A stretch of DNA of 64,000 bases from positions 406 through 64,405 of the forward strand of contig VGJY01000003.1 in assembly GCA_016867235.1 (NCBI GenBank). Reading direction: 5' to 3'. The position numbers and the translations under genes were made by a program. The notes beneath the pieces were generated by a model. The model did no database searches. It was not told where the DNA came from and saw only the letters and a program-made list of their open reading frames with translations. The DNA comes from Candidatus Tanganyikabacteria bacterium. GTDB lineage: Bacteria > Cyanobacteriota > Sericytochromatia > S15B-MN24 > VGJW01. Positions 17,450 through 27,518 of the stretch are shown piece after piece (the first letter of the stretch is position 1; every line of letters begins with the position of its first letter).

Positions 17450-18618
17450 CTTTCCATCTCGGCCAGGCGCACGTCCCACGACGCCGCCCGCGCCAGCGAC
17501 TGGCGGCGCGCCCGCGCGGCCTGCCCCAGGCCTTCGGTGAACGCCCGGACCACGGCCGCGACGAACGTCTCGGCATCCCCGGCCCAGTAGGTCGCCTCGC
17601 GGGCGTCGGGCAGGTCGGCAAAGGGCGTCGCGACGACCGGCAGGCCGGCGGCGAACGCCTCATGCAGCTCGTGCGGGTAGATCGCCCGGGTCCGCGCCGT
17701 GAGCCGCCAGGGCAGGATGGCGACGTCCATGCCCTTGAGCCAGCGCGGCAGGTCGGCCTGCGGGACGAGACCCGGCGCCCGGCACTCGGGCCACCTGGCC
17801 CTCAGCCGATCCACGCGCCCGCGTACCCGCGGGGCCACCGCACCGAGCAAGATGAGCGACCAGCCGGGCACCAGCGCACCCACCTGCTCGAGCAGGTCGA
17901 AGTCCACGCGCTCGTCGATCTGCCCGACGTAACCGAGCACCGGCCGGGGCAGGTCGGCGAGCGCACGAGGGACGGGCAGGCCGCTGGATTGGGCCTCCGC
18001 GAATCGCTCGTAGTCCACGCCGTTGGGCACGTAGATGCCGCCTCTCGAGGCCGCAAGCTCGGCCGAGGAGCAGAACACCAGGTCGGCGCGGGCGATCAGC
18101 CGGCGCTCGATGCGGGCCGCCGCCGGCGCCACGCCCGGCATGGCCGCGACGTCGTCCGTGCAGTGGTACACGACGAGCGCCTCGGAGGTTGCGCCGATCG
18201 CCCCTTCCGACGGCAACGTGCCGAACGACAGCCACAGGATCGGCTCGCGCAGGCCCAGGCGCCCGGCCACCAGCCGCAGGTCGCGTCGCACCCGCCGCTG
18301 GTTGCGGGCGTATGCCCACTCGAAGAGCGGTCCGTCCGGCAACCCGCCCATCGGCAGGCAGGGCGGCGGGGTGTGGATCCAGAGGTTGAGGCCCTCGCGC
18401 CGGGGATCGGGCGCCAGCCCGAGCCACCGCGCCAGCCGACCCCGCAGCCGGGGATCGCCCAGGTGGCGGAGGACGGTCCAGGGGCTCTCGAACGCGTCCA
18501 CGAACAGCACCCGGTTGCACATCGCCAGGCGGGCCATGAGAGCGTGCCGGGAAGTCGGGAACGGGTGGTCCCAGTCCATGACGGACAGGCAGACGATGTC
18601 CCGGCCGGCCAGGCGCAT
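17395..18618 (-). CDS. Glycosyltransferase family 4 (GT-B, 'glycosyl transferases group 1')
   Basis: 407 aa. C-terminal GT1 motif region (GYVGQIDERVDFDLL ... E.AAGLPVVAT). Confidence 0.8.
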   Translation of the reverse strand: MRLAGRDIVCLSVMDWDHPFPTSRHALMARLAMCNRVLFVDAFESPWTVLRHLGDPRLRGRLARWLGLAPDPRREGLNLWIHTPPPCLPMGGLPDGPLFEWAYARNQRRVRRDLRLVAGRLGLREPILWLSFGTLPSEGAIGATSEALVVYHCTDDVAAMPGVAPAAARIERRLIARADLVFCSSAELAASRGGIYVPNGVDYERFAEAQSSGLPVPRALADLPRPVLGYVGQIDERVDFDLLEQVGALVPGWSLILLGAVAPRVRGRVDRLRARWPECRAPGLVPQADLPRWLKGMDVAILPWRLTARTRAIYPHELHEAFAAGLPVVATPFADLPDAREATYWAGDAETFVAAVVRAFTEGLGQAARARRQSLARAASWDVRLAEMESYILDRLARGSSHARPRS

Positions 18619-18742
18619 GGGTTCGATGATGCCTTGCGCCCGGCGCCCGCACCTAGCGCGGACTGGCCAAACCTGTCATAGCGCCGCTCACTTGACCTGG
18701 CCCCGGCTTACGTCCGCGGCCCCGTGCCTCACGTACGCGCTG

Positions 18743-18870
18743 ATAGCGGCGCTCAAATGACCTGGCGCCTATCGGACGCAGGCACGGAGGCCTGCGCCAC
18801 CGATGCAACGGGTGGGGCCGGCCTCCGTGCCGGCCGCGATGCCGGAGCGAAGTCATCAGAGCCGCGCTAT
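18743..18870. repeat. 128-bp dispersed repeat, copy A (100% identical to 32007..32134); contains a nested hairpin with loop ACGGAG
   Basis: Direct base-by-base comparison: atagcggcgctcaaatgacc...gagccgcgctat identical in both copies. A degenerate partial copy lies just upstream (18684..18742). Confidence 0.9.
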
Positions 18871-18964
18871 GAGTACGCTGCGGCCCGGGGCCTGTGGGCG
18901 CGCGCGGGGCGAGGCCAATTGAGCGGCGCTGTCAGCGCGGGCTGGCGGCTGCCAGCCGGCGGAA

Positions 18965-20518
18965 TCAGCCCTCGTGCTTGACGTAGACCGTCTGCCACTC
19001 GGTCCAGAAGTCGATTGCCGTCGGGCCCATCTCGCGGCCGCCCGTGCCCGAATCCTTGATGCCGCCGAACGGCATCTGGATCTCGCTGTAGATGGACGGG
19101 CAGTTGACGTGCAGCATCCCGGCCTCGGAGGCGCGGGCGTAGGCGAAGGCCGCCGAGAGATCCTTCGTGTAGATGGCGCCGGTGAGCCCGTACTCGACGC
19201 TGTTGGCCACGTCCAGGGCATCTTCCAGGCCGTCGGCCTCCAGGATCGACAGGACGGGCCCGAAGACCTCCTCGCGGTTGAGGGTGTGCTCCTTGCGCAC
19301 GCCCACCACGATGGTGGGTTCGAAGAAGTAGCCGTGCTCGTGCTCGGGGCGGCTCTGGGCCCGCTTGCCGCCGCACAGCACCTGGTTGCCCTCCTGCCTG
19401 GCCACGTCGACGTACTGCTGCGCCTTCTCGATGGCCCGGTCGTCGACCATCGGGCCCATCAGGATGCCGTCGGCAAAGCCGTTGCCGGTCTGCACGTTCT
19501 TGGCCTCGGCCAGCAGCTTCTCGACGAGCAGGTCCTTGACCTTGCGATCCACCACCACGCGGCTGGTGGCCGTGCAGCGCTGGCCGGTGCTGCCGAAAGC
19601 GCCCACCACGATGTCCTTCGCCGCCTTGTCGAGGTCGGCGTCGGGCATGACGATGCACGCGTTCTTTCCGCCCATCTCCAGTTGCACCTTCGCCAGGTGC
19701 TCGCTGGCCTTGCGGTTGATCAGCTTGCCCACCTCGGTCGACCCCGTGAAACTGATGGCCCGGACGGCCGGGTCGGTGACGATGGCCTCGCCCACCTCGG
19801 GGCCGCCATGCACGAGGTTGAGGACCCCGGCCGGCAGGCCGGCGTCCACCAGGGCCTCGACGAGCAACTGCGCGCACAGCGGCGTCTGCTCGGCGGGCTT
19901 GAATACCACCGTATTGCCGCAGACCAGGGCAGGGGCGACCTTCCAGGCGGGAATGGCGAACGGGAAGTTCCACGGCGTGATGATGCCGACCACGCCCTTG
20001 GGCCTGCGCTGCGTCCACGCGAACATCCCCGGCTGCTCGGACGGTATCGTGTGGCCCAGCAAGCGCCGCCCCTCGGCCGCGAGGTACTCCATCGCCGTCA
20101 GGCCGCGATTGATCTCGACCCGCGCCTCGGCGAGGACCTTGCCCTCTTCCCAGGTCAGGGCCTGTGCGAGTTCCTCGGCGCGCCCCCGCAGGGAAGCGAT
20201 GGCCTTTTGCACGATGGCCTGGCGCTGCGGCGCCGGCGTGGCGGCCCAGCCCTTGAGGGCTGCCCGGGCCGCGTCGAGCGCCTTCCGGACGTCCTCGGCG
20301 GTCGAGTCCGGGAAGATCGCGATGATCTCCCGCGAATCCGCGGGATTGCGATCTTCGAAGGTGCGGCCCGAGCCGCTGGCGACCCACTCGCCTCCGACGA
20401 GGTTGAGGTAAGTCTGCTGGACCTTCCCGCGCAGCGCGGTCGGGCCCGCCAGGGGAGTCGCAGTCGCCAAGGAAGACCTCCTGTAAGTAGAAACAACGGT
20501 CATTCTAGCTCCAGCCAA
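18965..20518 (-). CDS. NAD(P)-dependent aldehyde dehydrogenase
   Basis: Catalytic Cys (GQRCTA) and Glu (LEMGGKN) motifs; GSTEVG NAD-binding segment. Confidence 0.85.
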   Translation of the reverse strand: MAGARMTVVSTYRRSSLATATPLAGPTALRGKVQQTYLNLVGGEWVASGSGRTFEDRNPADSREIIAIFPDSTAEDVRKALDAARAALKGWAATPAPQRQAIVQKAIASLRGRAEELAQALTWEEGKVLAEARVEINRGLTAMEYLAAEGRRLLGHTIPSEQPGMFAWTQRRPKGVVGIITPWNFPFAIPAWKVAPALVCGNTVVFKPAEQTPLCAQLLVEALVDAGLPAGVLNLVHGGPEVGEAIVTDPAVRAISFTGSTEVGKLINRKASEHLAKVQLEMGGKNACIVMPDADLDKAAKDIVVGAFGSTGQRCTATSRVVVDRKVKDLLVEKLLAEAKNVQTGNGFADGILMGPMVDDRAIEKAQQYVDVARQEGNQVLCGGKRAQSRPEHEHGYFFEPTIVVGVRKEHTLNREEVFGPVLSILEADGLEDALDVANSVEYGLTGAIYTKDLSAAFAYARASEAGMLHVNCPSIYSEIQMPFGGIKDSGTGGREMGPTAIDFWTEWQTVYVKHEG

Positions 20519-20527
20519 GCGGCGGAG

Positions 20528-23281
20528 CTACTTGGCCGGCGCGGACCCCGGCCCGACCACCACCGTCAGCAGCTTTTCGGGCGCGAGGTACCGTCTGGCC
20601 AGACCCTGGAGCCGCTCGGCGGTCGCCGCGCGGATGAGGTCGTTCTGACGGTCGTAGTACTCGTAGCCCAGGCCGTACGCCTCGTACGCACCCAGGTTGT
20701 TCGCCAGCGCCACCGCTCGCTGATCGGCGATGGCCTGGCCGCCGATCAGGCGATCCTTGATGTGGCCGAGTTCATCGGCCGGCACGCCCTTCTCCCGGAT
20801 GTCGCGCCACTTGGCATGCAACTCGGCGATCGCCTCGTCGGTCTTCTCGGCGGCGACGCCGATGTAGAGGGAGAGGGCCCCCGCGCCCTGGAGGAGGCTC
20901 GCCATCCCGCCCGTGCTGTACGCCATCGGCTTGGTGTAGACCAGGTCGACGAAACAGCGGAAGCCCACGAGGCTCGACAGTACCCGCAGGTCCGTGTAGT
21001 CGGGATGGAGTCGGGTCACCGCAGGGGCCCCGACGATGATCTGGCTCTGCAGCTTGTCCATGGCTTTGCCCTGCCTGCCCAGGAGGGGCTGCGGCGGGGC
21101 CCCGGACAGTTCGGGGCCCGGCGCCCCGGAAGCCTGCCAGCTCGCGAACCGCGAGGCGGCCAAGATGCGCTCGAATTGCTGCTCGGTCAGGTCGCCCACC
21201 ACCGTCAGCACGCTGCGGCCCGGTTGCACCGCCGCCCGGTGGAACGCGACCAGGTCGGACCGCTCGATCGCGGAGACGCCCTCGGGCGTGCCCACGACGG
21301 GATGACGGTACGGCGACGCGGCGAAGATCGCGGCCGAGTAGGCGTCGCCGGCCTGGGCGTTGATGTCGTCGGCCCGGCGCTCCAGGCGGCTGACGGCGGA
21401 CGCCTTCTCCTTGGCGAACTCCGCCGGATCGATGATCGGAGCGGTCAGTAACTCGGAGAAGAGCGCGAGGCCGTCGCGGGCGTCCTCGGCGGCCAGCGTG
21501 AGCGAGCCGTACAGCAGGTCCCGATCCGCACCGATCGAGTAGTTGCCGCCCCACTCGTCGAAGCGCCTCGCGACCTCCTCCTGAGAGAGCTTGGCCGTGC
21601 CCTTCGGCAGCATGTCCGCCAGCAACTGCGCCGTTCCTTCGCGGCCCGGGGGATCGAAGGCCGAACCGGCCCGCGCGTGGAGCGCGATCCCCACCACGGG
21701 CCGACCAGGTCGCCGCTTGAAGAGCACCGTGAGGCCGTTGGGCAGCACGCGCTTGGCCACCGAAAACGCCGCCGCGGCGGGAGTCGGCGGCAGGAGCGCG
21801 TCGCCGGTCGGGACGTCGGCCTCGCCGGGGGCGAACGCCGCCTGGGAGAAATCCAGCCAGGCCGGCCTGTTCCCGCTTCCCGCCAGCGCGGCGACGGCCG
21901 CGGCGACGGCCGCCTCGTCGCCCGGCGCCGGCGCGTTGGTCTCCTCCGGGAGGGTCTGCACGGCCGTAAGGTTCTCCTTGACCAGGTACCGGGTCGCCAC
22001 GTCCGCCACCTCGGCGGCGCTCACCTGCTCGAAGCGGGCGAGCCAGTCGGTCTCGTAGCGGATGCCGCCGTACAGCGCCGATTCGCCGAGTTCCTGCGCC
22101 CGGCTCAAGGCCTCTTCGCCGGAGAAGAGCTGCAGCAGCCTCGCCTGGCGCTTGATGCGGGCGAGTTCGTCGGCCGAGATGCCTTCCTTGCGCAGCCTGG
22201 CCACCTCGCGCAGGATGGCCGCCTGGAGCTTGAAGGCATCTTCCGGGCGCTTCGGGTACGCCGAGAGGTACACCAGGCCCAGATCCTCGAGCGTGAAGGC
22301 GCTTGCCCCGACCTGCGAGGCCAGGGGTTCGCGTTCGACGACGGCCTGCCAGAGCCGGCTGGACGTGTTGCCCCCCAGCACCCTGGCCATCGCATCCAGT
22401 GGCCACCGGTCGGGATGCCGCCACCCGGGCACGACGAACGCCAGCGTGACCTCCGCCCGCTTGATCGGCTGGCGCTGCGTGAGTTCCTGGTAGCCGCGAA
22501 AGGCCGTCGGGAGCTTGGGGTGCTCGGGGAGCGCCGGGTTGCGCTTCCAGTGCTTGAAGGCCGCGCGCACCTTCTCCAGGGCCACAGCGGCTTCCACGTC
22601 GCCCGCGATGGCCAGCACCACGTTGTTGGGCGCGTACATCGCCTTGTAGAACTTCATGAAATCGTCGCGGCGCAAGCCGTTGAGGGTGGCGAAATTGCCG
22701 ATGACGGGCCGGGAGTAGGGATGCGGGCCGAACGCCAGGCGGAACGTCTCACGATAGGCCGCCGTACCTGGATTGTCGAGAAAGCGCCGCAATTCCTCGG
22801 TGACGACCTTCCTCTCCGCCTCGATGCCTTCGGGGGGCAACTGGGCGTTCTGCAGGATGTCCGCCAGCGAATCCAGCGCCAGGTCGAAATGCTCCTTGCC
22901 GACCACGTTGTAGTACTGGGTGCGGTCAAAGTAGGTGTTGGCCGAGTTCTGCCCACCCACGTGGAAGATGTCCAGCCGATCCTGGAGCGGCTTGCGCTTC
23001 TTCGTACCGCGGGCCGTCAGGTGCTCGAGGTAGTGCGAGTACCCCGAGAACCATTCGGGCTCGTCCTTCCCGCCCGCATGGACCCAGGCGTTGACGGCCA
23101 CGACCGGCGAGGCGTGATCCTCGACGATCACCACCCGGAGCCCGTTGGGCAGGGTGTGGTAGGACAGGGCCGGGGAGACGGCGACGGCGGCGGCAAACTT
23201 GGTGGTAGGCACGATCATCACAATCAACGAGAGGAAGACGAAGGCGGCAAGGCGGACATGGTCTGGCACTGGGCGGGACAT
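20528..23281 (-). CDS. Secreted M16 (pitrilysin/insulinase) family zinc peptidase, tandem M16 units
   Basis: 917 aa. Signal peptide. Inverted zinc-binding motif HYLEH (HxxEH) in the first unit; second inactive-type M16 unit. Confidence 0.85.
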   Translation of the reverse strand: MSRPVPDHVRLAAFVFLSLIVMIVPTTKFAAAVAVSPALSYHTLPNGLRVVIVEDHASPVVAVNAWVHAGGKDEPEWFSGYSHYLEHLTARGTKKRKPLQDRLDIFHVGGQNSANTYFDRTQYYNVVGKEHFDLALDSLADILQNAQLPPEGIEAERKVVTEELRRFLDNPGTAAYRETFRLAFGPHPYSRPVIGNFATLNGLRRDDFMKFYKAMYAPNNVVLAIAGDVEAAVALEKVRAAFKHWKRNPALPEHPKLPTAFRGYQELTQRQPIKRAEVTLAFVVPGWRHPDRWPLDAMARVLGGNTSSRLWQAVVEREPLASQVGASAFTLEDLGLVYLSAYPKRPEDAFKLQAAILREVARLRKEGISADELARIKRQARLLQLFSGEEALSRAQELGESALYGGIRYETDWLARFEQVSAAEVADVATRYLVKENLTAVQTLPEETNAPAPGDEAAVAAAVAALAGSGNRPAWLDFSQAAFAPGEADVPTGDALLPPTPAAAAFSVAKRVLPNGLTVLFKRRPGRPVVGIALHARAGSAFDPPGREGTAQLLADMLPKGTAKLSQEEVARRFDEWGGNYSIGADRDLLYGSLTLAAEDARDGLALFSELLTAPIIDPAEFAKEKASAVSRLERRADDINAQAGDAYSAAIFAASPYRHPVVGTPEGVSAIERSDLVAFHRAAVQPGRSVLTVVGDLTEQQFERILAASRFASWQASGAPGPELSGAPPQPLLGRQGKAMDKLQSQIIVGAPAVTRLHPDYTDLRVLSSLVGFRCFVDLVYTKPMAYSTGGMASLLQGAGALSLYIGVAAEKTDEAIAELHAKWRDIREKGVPADELGHIKDRLIGGQAIADQRAVALANNLGAYEAYGLGYEYYDRQNDLIRAATAERLQGLARRYLAPEKLLTVVVGPGSAPAK

Positions 23282-23288
23282 CCCGGGC

Positions 23289-23921
23289 TCAGGCGCCCGC
23301 CCCGGACGCCTCCTGGCGGCGCCGGCGGATGACGTCGTACTCGGGATCCCGGTAGAAGTGCGACTCGAAGGCGCCGGTCTTGCCCGAGTACTTGGTGTAC
23401 GTCTTCTGGCCGTACGGCAAGCGAGTGGGGTGGCCCAGGAAGAAGCACAGTTGCGCGATACGCACCCCCGGATACAGCGCGATGGGCACGCGGCTCACGT
23501 TGTGGAGTTCGAACGTGATGCTGCCGGCGAAGCCCGGATCGACGAACCCGGCGGTCGCGTGGATGAGCAGGCCGACCCGGCCCCACGACGATCTCCCCTC
23601 GACCCGCACGGAAATGTCGGCCGGCACGCGCACGAACTCCATGCTCGCGCCCAGCGCGAACTCCCCCGGATGCAGGATGAACGCCTTATCGGGCGCCACC
23701 TGGTAGTTGCGCATCAGCGGTGCGGCGTTTTCCTGGCCCCACGTGGGATCCAGGTGGCTGACGTTGGCCACGTCGACGACCTTGAAGTCGGTGCCCAGGC
23801 GGATGTCGACCGACGTCGGGCCGAACTGCTCGCGCGGGTTGACGATCGGCGTGATCACGATGCGGCGGGCCGTGTCGGGATCGGTCAGGCGGTCGAGGAG
23901 CTCCAGCTCGTTGAGGATCAT
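23289..23921 (-). CDS. dcd: dCTP deaminase
   Basis: MILNELELLDRL...; conserved SSWGRVGLLIHATAGFVDPGFAGSITFEL core. Start ATG 23921 overlaps the upstream gene's stop (ATGA). Confidence 0.85.
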   Translation of the reverse strand: MILNELELLDRLTDPDTARRIVITPIVNPREQFGPTSVDIRLGTDFKVVDVANVSHLDPTWGQENAAPLMRNYQVAPDKAFILHPGEFALGASMEFVRVPADISVRVEGRSSWGRVGLLIHATAGFVDPGFAGSITFELHNVSRVPIALYPGVRIAQLCFFLGHPTRLPYGQKTYTKYSGKTGAFESHFYRDPEYDVIRRRRQEASGAGA

Positions 23922-25030
23922 TCGCGAACTCCGAGGTGGCGGTGGACGCTCGCCGTCTCCAGGGACTTGAGCACCAGGGAGTCGAGTTGCAGGACGCGCC
24001 GGCCGTAGGCTTCCCACGGGTCGGCGCCGGCGGCCGCCTCGCGCAGCCAACCCACGCGCGAGCGCTCCCGGAACAGCCAGGCGCCGGCCAGGATCTGCGC
24101 TCCCGAGAGCGGCTCCTCCCGGAGACCCGCCAGCGCGCCGTAAACCGCTTCGGCTCCGGCAGCGGGGTCCTGCAGCACCCGCTCGCGCGCCGCCCGGATC
24201 CGCGCGAAGTCCTCGGTCGGTCGGGCGCTAGCCAGTACGTCGTCGGCCAGGCGCGCCGCGACGATCGCCTCCGCCGCGCCGGGTTCGGCCGCCGCCCAGT
24301 CGCCCGGCACGCCGCAGGTGGCGAGCAGGTTCCCCAATTCGGGGTACAGAGCGCCGCGAGTCGCGAGATCGGTCGCGACACCAGCGGCGCGATCCGCCAG
24401 GCCGGGCACCTGCCCGTGCACGCCGCGCTCCAGCAGCGAAAACAGGTAGGCCGGCCCGACCAACCGCGCGGCGGCCAGATCGCGGGCGGCGGGTTCGGCG
24501 ACACCGGGCGAACGCGCCGCCACGAGGCCGAAAACCAGCCGCGGCCAGGCCAGCGGCGCGGCCACCTGCGCGATCGGCAAGGCCAGGAAGCCGTCGTCGT
24601 CGAGATCCTGGTCTTCCGGCACCAGGATCACCGGCGGAATGGCCCCGTCCCCGGCCTGCTCGGACAGGAACTGATAGACCTCGGCGCGCACGGGAAGCCC
24701 CGGCAGTTTCCTCAGCGCCTGCTCCAGCCGCCTGAGGTCTTCGGCCGCGCCGGCGCAGCTCCCGGCGATCCCCTCGGCTCCCTGCGAGTCGCCTTCGAGC
24801 AGGCGCGGCACGTCGGTCCAGGATCCGGCGAGGCGATCGGTGATCGAGGCCAGCCGGGCCCGGAGGCGGGCCACCACCTGGCCCCCGCCCTGGCCCGCGG
24901 CGGATGCGAGCTGCTCGAGGACGGCGCCCCACCTGGCCACGCGCTCGAGCAGGTCGCACGCGCGAAGGGTCGCGAGGCGTCCGGCGACCTTGGCTGGCGG
25001 AACCCCGATCATCTGGGCGCTAATCGGCAA
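23918..25030 (-). CDS. Hypothetical protein (370 aa), translationally coupled to dcd
   Basis: Long ORF with a 4-nt stop/start overlap with dcd. No family recognised. Confidence 0.5.
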   Translation of the reverse strand: MPISAQMIGVPPAKVAGRLATLRACDLLERVARWGAVLEQLASAAGQGGGQVVARLRARLASITDRLAGSWTDVPRLLEGDSQGAEGIAGSCAGAAEDLRRLEQALRKLPGLPVRAEVYQFLSEQAGDGAIPPVILVPEDQDLDDDGFLALPIAQVAAPLAWPRLVFGLVAARSPGVAEPAARDLAAARLVGPAYLFSLLERGVHGQVPGLADRAAGVATDLATRGALYPELGNLLATCGVPGDWAAAEPGAAEAIVAARLADDVLASARPTEDFARIRAARERVLQDPAAGAEAVYGALAGLREEPLSGAQILAGAWLFRERSRVGWLREAAAGADPWEAYGRRVLQLDSLVLKSLETASVHRHLGVRE

Positions 25031-25178
25031 TGTGACATAACGGCAGCCCGCACATCCTAGCAGGATTCAGGCAGAACCGACAGATACGGTTCGGTCGTCT
25101 TACAGATCACGCCTCCGCCTTGCGCTAGCGCACAGAATCATCCCCCTCATTCCGGGTAGAATCAGCCGAGACAGCCGC

Positions 25179-27518
25179 ATGGACGCTTCAAGCACCAGGT
25201 GCCGACCGCCCTCCCGCCTCCGGAGGGCCTGGCCCGCGCTGGTCGTGGCGCTATTTCTCACCGGCTGCGGCTTCACGTCGGCATTCGACATCGCCAAGAA
25301 GCTGACGAGCACCAGCGAGTCCAATCGCCTCAAGCTCCTGCCGAGCTGGCCGCTCGGCCTGCGGGTCGAACTCGGCGAGGCCAAGATAGCCTGGGGGAAA
25401 GTGCAGAAGCAGCTGGATGACAAGATCGTCCAGTCCGGGGCGTCGGTCTCGGAGGATGCCTCGGGGGTCCCCGTCATCACGCCGCCCGCCACCGACATCC
25501 CGCCGGTCAAGCTGGGCGAGAAGCTGCGGGTCGACGCCACCACCAAGCAGGACATCGCCACCGTGTCGATCGGCATCCCGATCACCTCCCACCAGGTTCC
25601 GGGCGTGACCGTGAAGCTGTCGGACACGCCGGCCGGCCAGACGCTGTTTCCGTTCCCGCCGCCCATCGGCAACCAGACGCTCGCCAGCGCCAAGACCATC
25701 GCCGGCGCCCAGGCGAGCTCGATCCAGTTGCCCCAGCCCGCCTCGCTCGACCGCACCGAGACCCAGACCCAGAACATCCAGGACGTGCAGTCGGCGACCC
25801 TCGCGTCGGGCAGCCTCACCGTCCCGCTGGTCAACGACACGGCCGGCACGCTGACGGTGACGGTCACGCTCAAGGACGGCACGAACCAGACCCTGGGCAC
25901 CGACTCCAAGTCCCTGGGCCCGCGCTCGACCGGGCAGATCCTCATCGACATCTCCGGCAAGACCATCACGGCCCCGCTGGTCACCACGATCCAGACCCAG
26001 GGCAACATCCCGCAGGGCACCACGCTCGACAAGATCAACCCGGACACCGACAAGGTCTCGGCGGGCCCGATCGGCCTCTCGATGGACGCCACGCAGGCCA
26101 ACGTCCACATCGCCGAGCGCCAGGGCTCCAACCCGAGCGGCGCCGGTTACGACGCCAACTTGAAGGATATCGTCCAGTCCTTCGACATCTCGGGGCAGAT
26201 CCCTTCCGACTCGGGCATCAAGCGAATCACGTCCGTCAAGGTGAGCTCCGGCTCGCTCGACCTGGACATGACCAACAACTTCGGCGTGGACACCGACCTG
26301 CGCATCCGGTTCGACGGCCTGACGGGCATTTCCACGGTATCCGGCTCGATCGTCCGAAACACGCAAGACACGGTGACCCTGGAAGTCAACGCCAACAACC
26401 GGGCGACCGCCTCGATCCCGCTCGCCGGCTGCATCATCACGCCCAACGCGCAGACCGGCAAGATCACCGCCGTCGTCTCGCCGCGCACCCTCGATACCGA
26501 CAACGACCGCTCCCACCCCCGGCCCGTCCCGCCGGCCAAGAACTACGTCCTGGTCAACAAGACCGACTCGCTGGCCGGCAGCGTGACGATGACGCCGATG
26601 GCCTTCGAGTACGTCGAGGGCGACTTCGACCGCACGCAGCCCCTGCCGAACTCGGACGTGCCCGTATCCCTGCCCAAGGAGTTCACCGACACCGGCATCC
26701 AGCCGGCGCGCGTCTCGATCAAGCTGACCATCAAGAACCAGAGCATGATCAACGGCAAGCTCATCCCGGTGATGACGGGCATCGCGACCGGCGGCACGCA
26801 GATACCCATCACCTTCGACGCCGAGACCATCGGGAGCCGGGTGGCGTTCAACGGCGACTTCACGGGCGCGACCTCGACGGGCGCCACCGCCGACACGGTC
26901 ATCGAGATCAACGAGAAGAACTCGAACATCGTCTCGGCCCTGCAGGCCGGGATCACCACCTTGCGGTTCGGCGGCAGCACCAAGGTCACCGGCAACGGCA
27001 TCAAGGTCACCCAGGACGACGTCATCGGCGGCAAGGTCGACATCGAAATTCCCCTGGCGGTCATCGTCCAGGCTTTCGGGCCGGGGTCGGCGCGCAAGCC
27101 GTTCGACCTCGAGCCCGCCAATCCGCTCGATATCGACGATTCGACCCGCGACCAGATCGACAAGTACCTCAAGGGCGCGGCGATCGAGTTCCGGGTGGAA
27201 AACGGCTGGGGCCTCCCGCTGAACCTGGGCATCCTGATGTCCACCAATTCGGTGGCGGTGGGCCCCTACGCGCCCGGGGCGGCGGCCATCTCGCGCACCA
27301 TCTCGCTGGGCAGCGGCCCCGTCACGCTCTCCACCGTCGACCTCACCGAGGAAGAGGCGAAGAAGCTCGGCTCGCTCAAGTGCCTGGGCGTCCGCATCGG
27401 CTCTCCCGGCACGGGCGGCAAGATCGTGGAGCTCATGAAGTCTAGCCAGCTCAAGATCCGCATCGCCGTGCGCCTGAAGCTGCAGATCGGGCCGGAGCTG
27501 GCCGGGGGGCTGAAATGA
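25179..27518 (+). CDS. Large Thr/Ser/Gly-rich lipoprotein (779 aa), probably cell-surface exposed
   Basis: Signal peptide plus lipobox LTGC. Beta-strand-rich low-charge composition. Stop overlaps the start of the next gene (ATGA at 27515-27518). Confidence 0.7.
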   Translation: MDASSTRCRPPSRLRRAWPALVVALFLTGCGFTSAFDIAKKLTSTSESNRLKLLPSWPLGLRVELGEAKIAWGKVQKQLDDKIVQSGASVSEDASGVPVITPPATDIPPVKLGEKLRVDATTKQDIATVSIGIPITSHQVPGVTVKLSDTPAGQTLFPFPPPIGNQTLASAKTIAGAQASSIQLPQPASLDRTETQTQNIQDVQSATLASGSLTVPLVNDTAGTLTVTVTLKDGTNQTLGTDSKSLGPRSTGQILIDISGKTITAPLVTTIQTQGNIPQGTTLDKINPDTDKVSAGPIGLSMDATQANVHIAERQGSNPSGAGYDANLKDIVQSFDISGQIPSDSGIKRITSVKVSSGSLDLDMTNNFGVDTDLRIRFDGLTGISTVSGSIVRNTQDTVTLEVNANNRATASIPLAGCIITPNAQTGKITAVVSPRTLDTDNDRSHPRPVPPAKNYVLVNKTDSLAGSVTMTPMAFEYVEGDFDRTQPLPNSDVPVSLPKEFTDTGIQPARVSIKLTIKNQSMINGKLIPVMTGIATGGTQIPITFDAETIGSRVAFNGDFTGATSTGATADTVIEINEKNSNIVSALQAGITTLRFGGSTKVTGNGIKVTQDDVIGGKVDIEIPLAVIVQAFGPGSARKPFDLEPANPLDIDDSTRDQIDKYLKGAAIEFRVENGWGLPLNLGILMSTNSVAVGPYAPGAAAISRTISLGSGPVTLSTVDLTEEEAKKLGSLKCLGVRIGSPGTGGKIVELMKSSQLKIRIAVRLKLQIGPELAGGLK

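Noticed and set aside
18653-18856. 67-aa ORF (and its twin inside 31766..32191) translating the 128-bp repeat as MTSLRHRGRHGGRPHPLHRWRRPPCLRPIGARSFERRY
   Set aside because: The identity is at the DNA level across a palindromic non-coding element. The 'protein' is Arg/Pro-rich and the ORF ends differ between copies.
25100-27247. Minus-strand ORFs 25100..26131 and 26543..27247 inside the lipoprotein gene
   Set aside because: Cys/Trp/Ser-rich nonsense translations antisense to a gene with clear signal peptide and lipobox.
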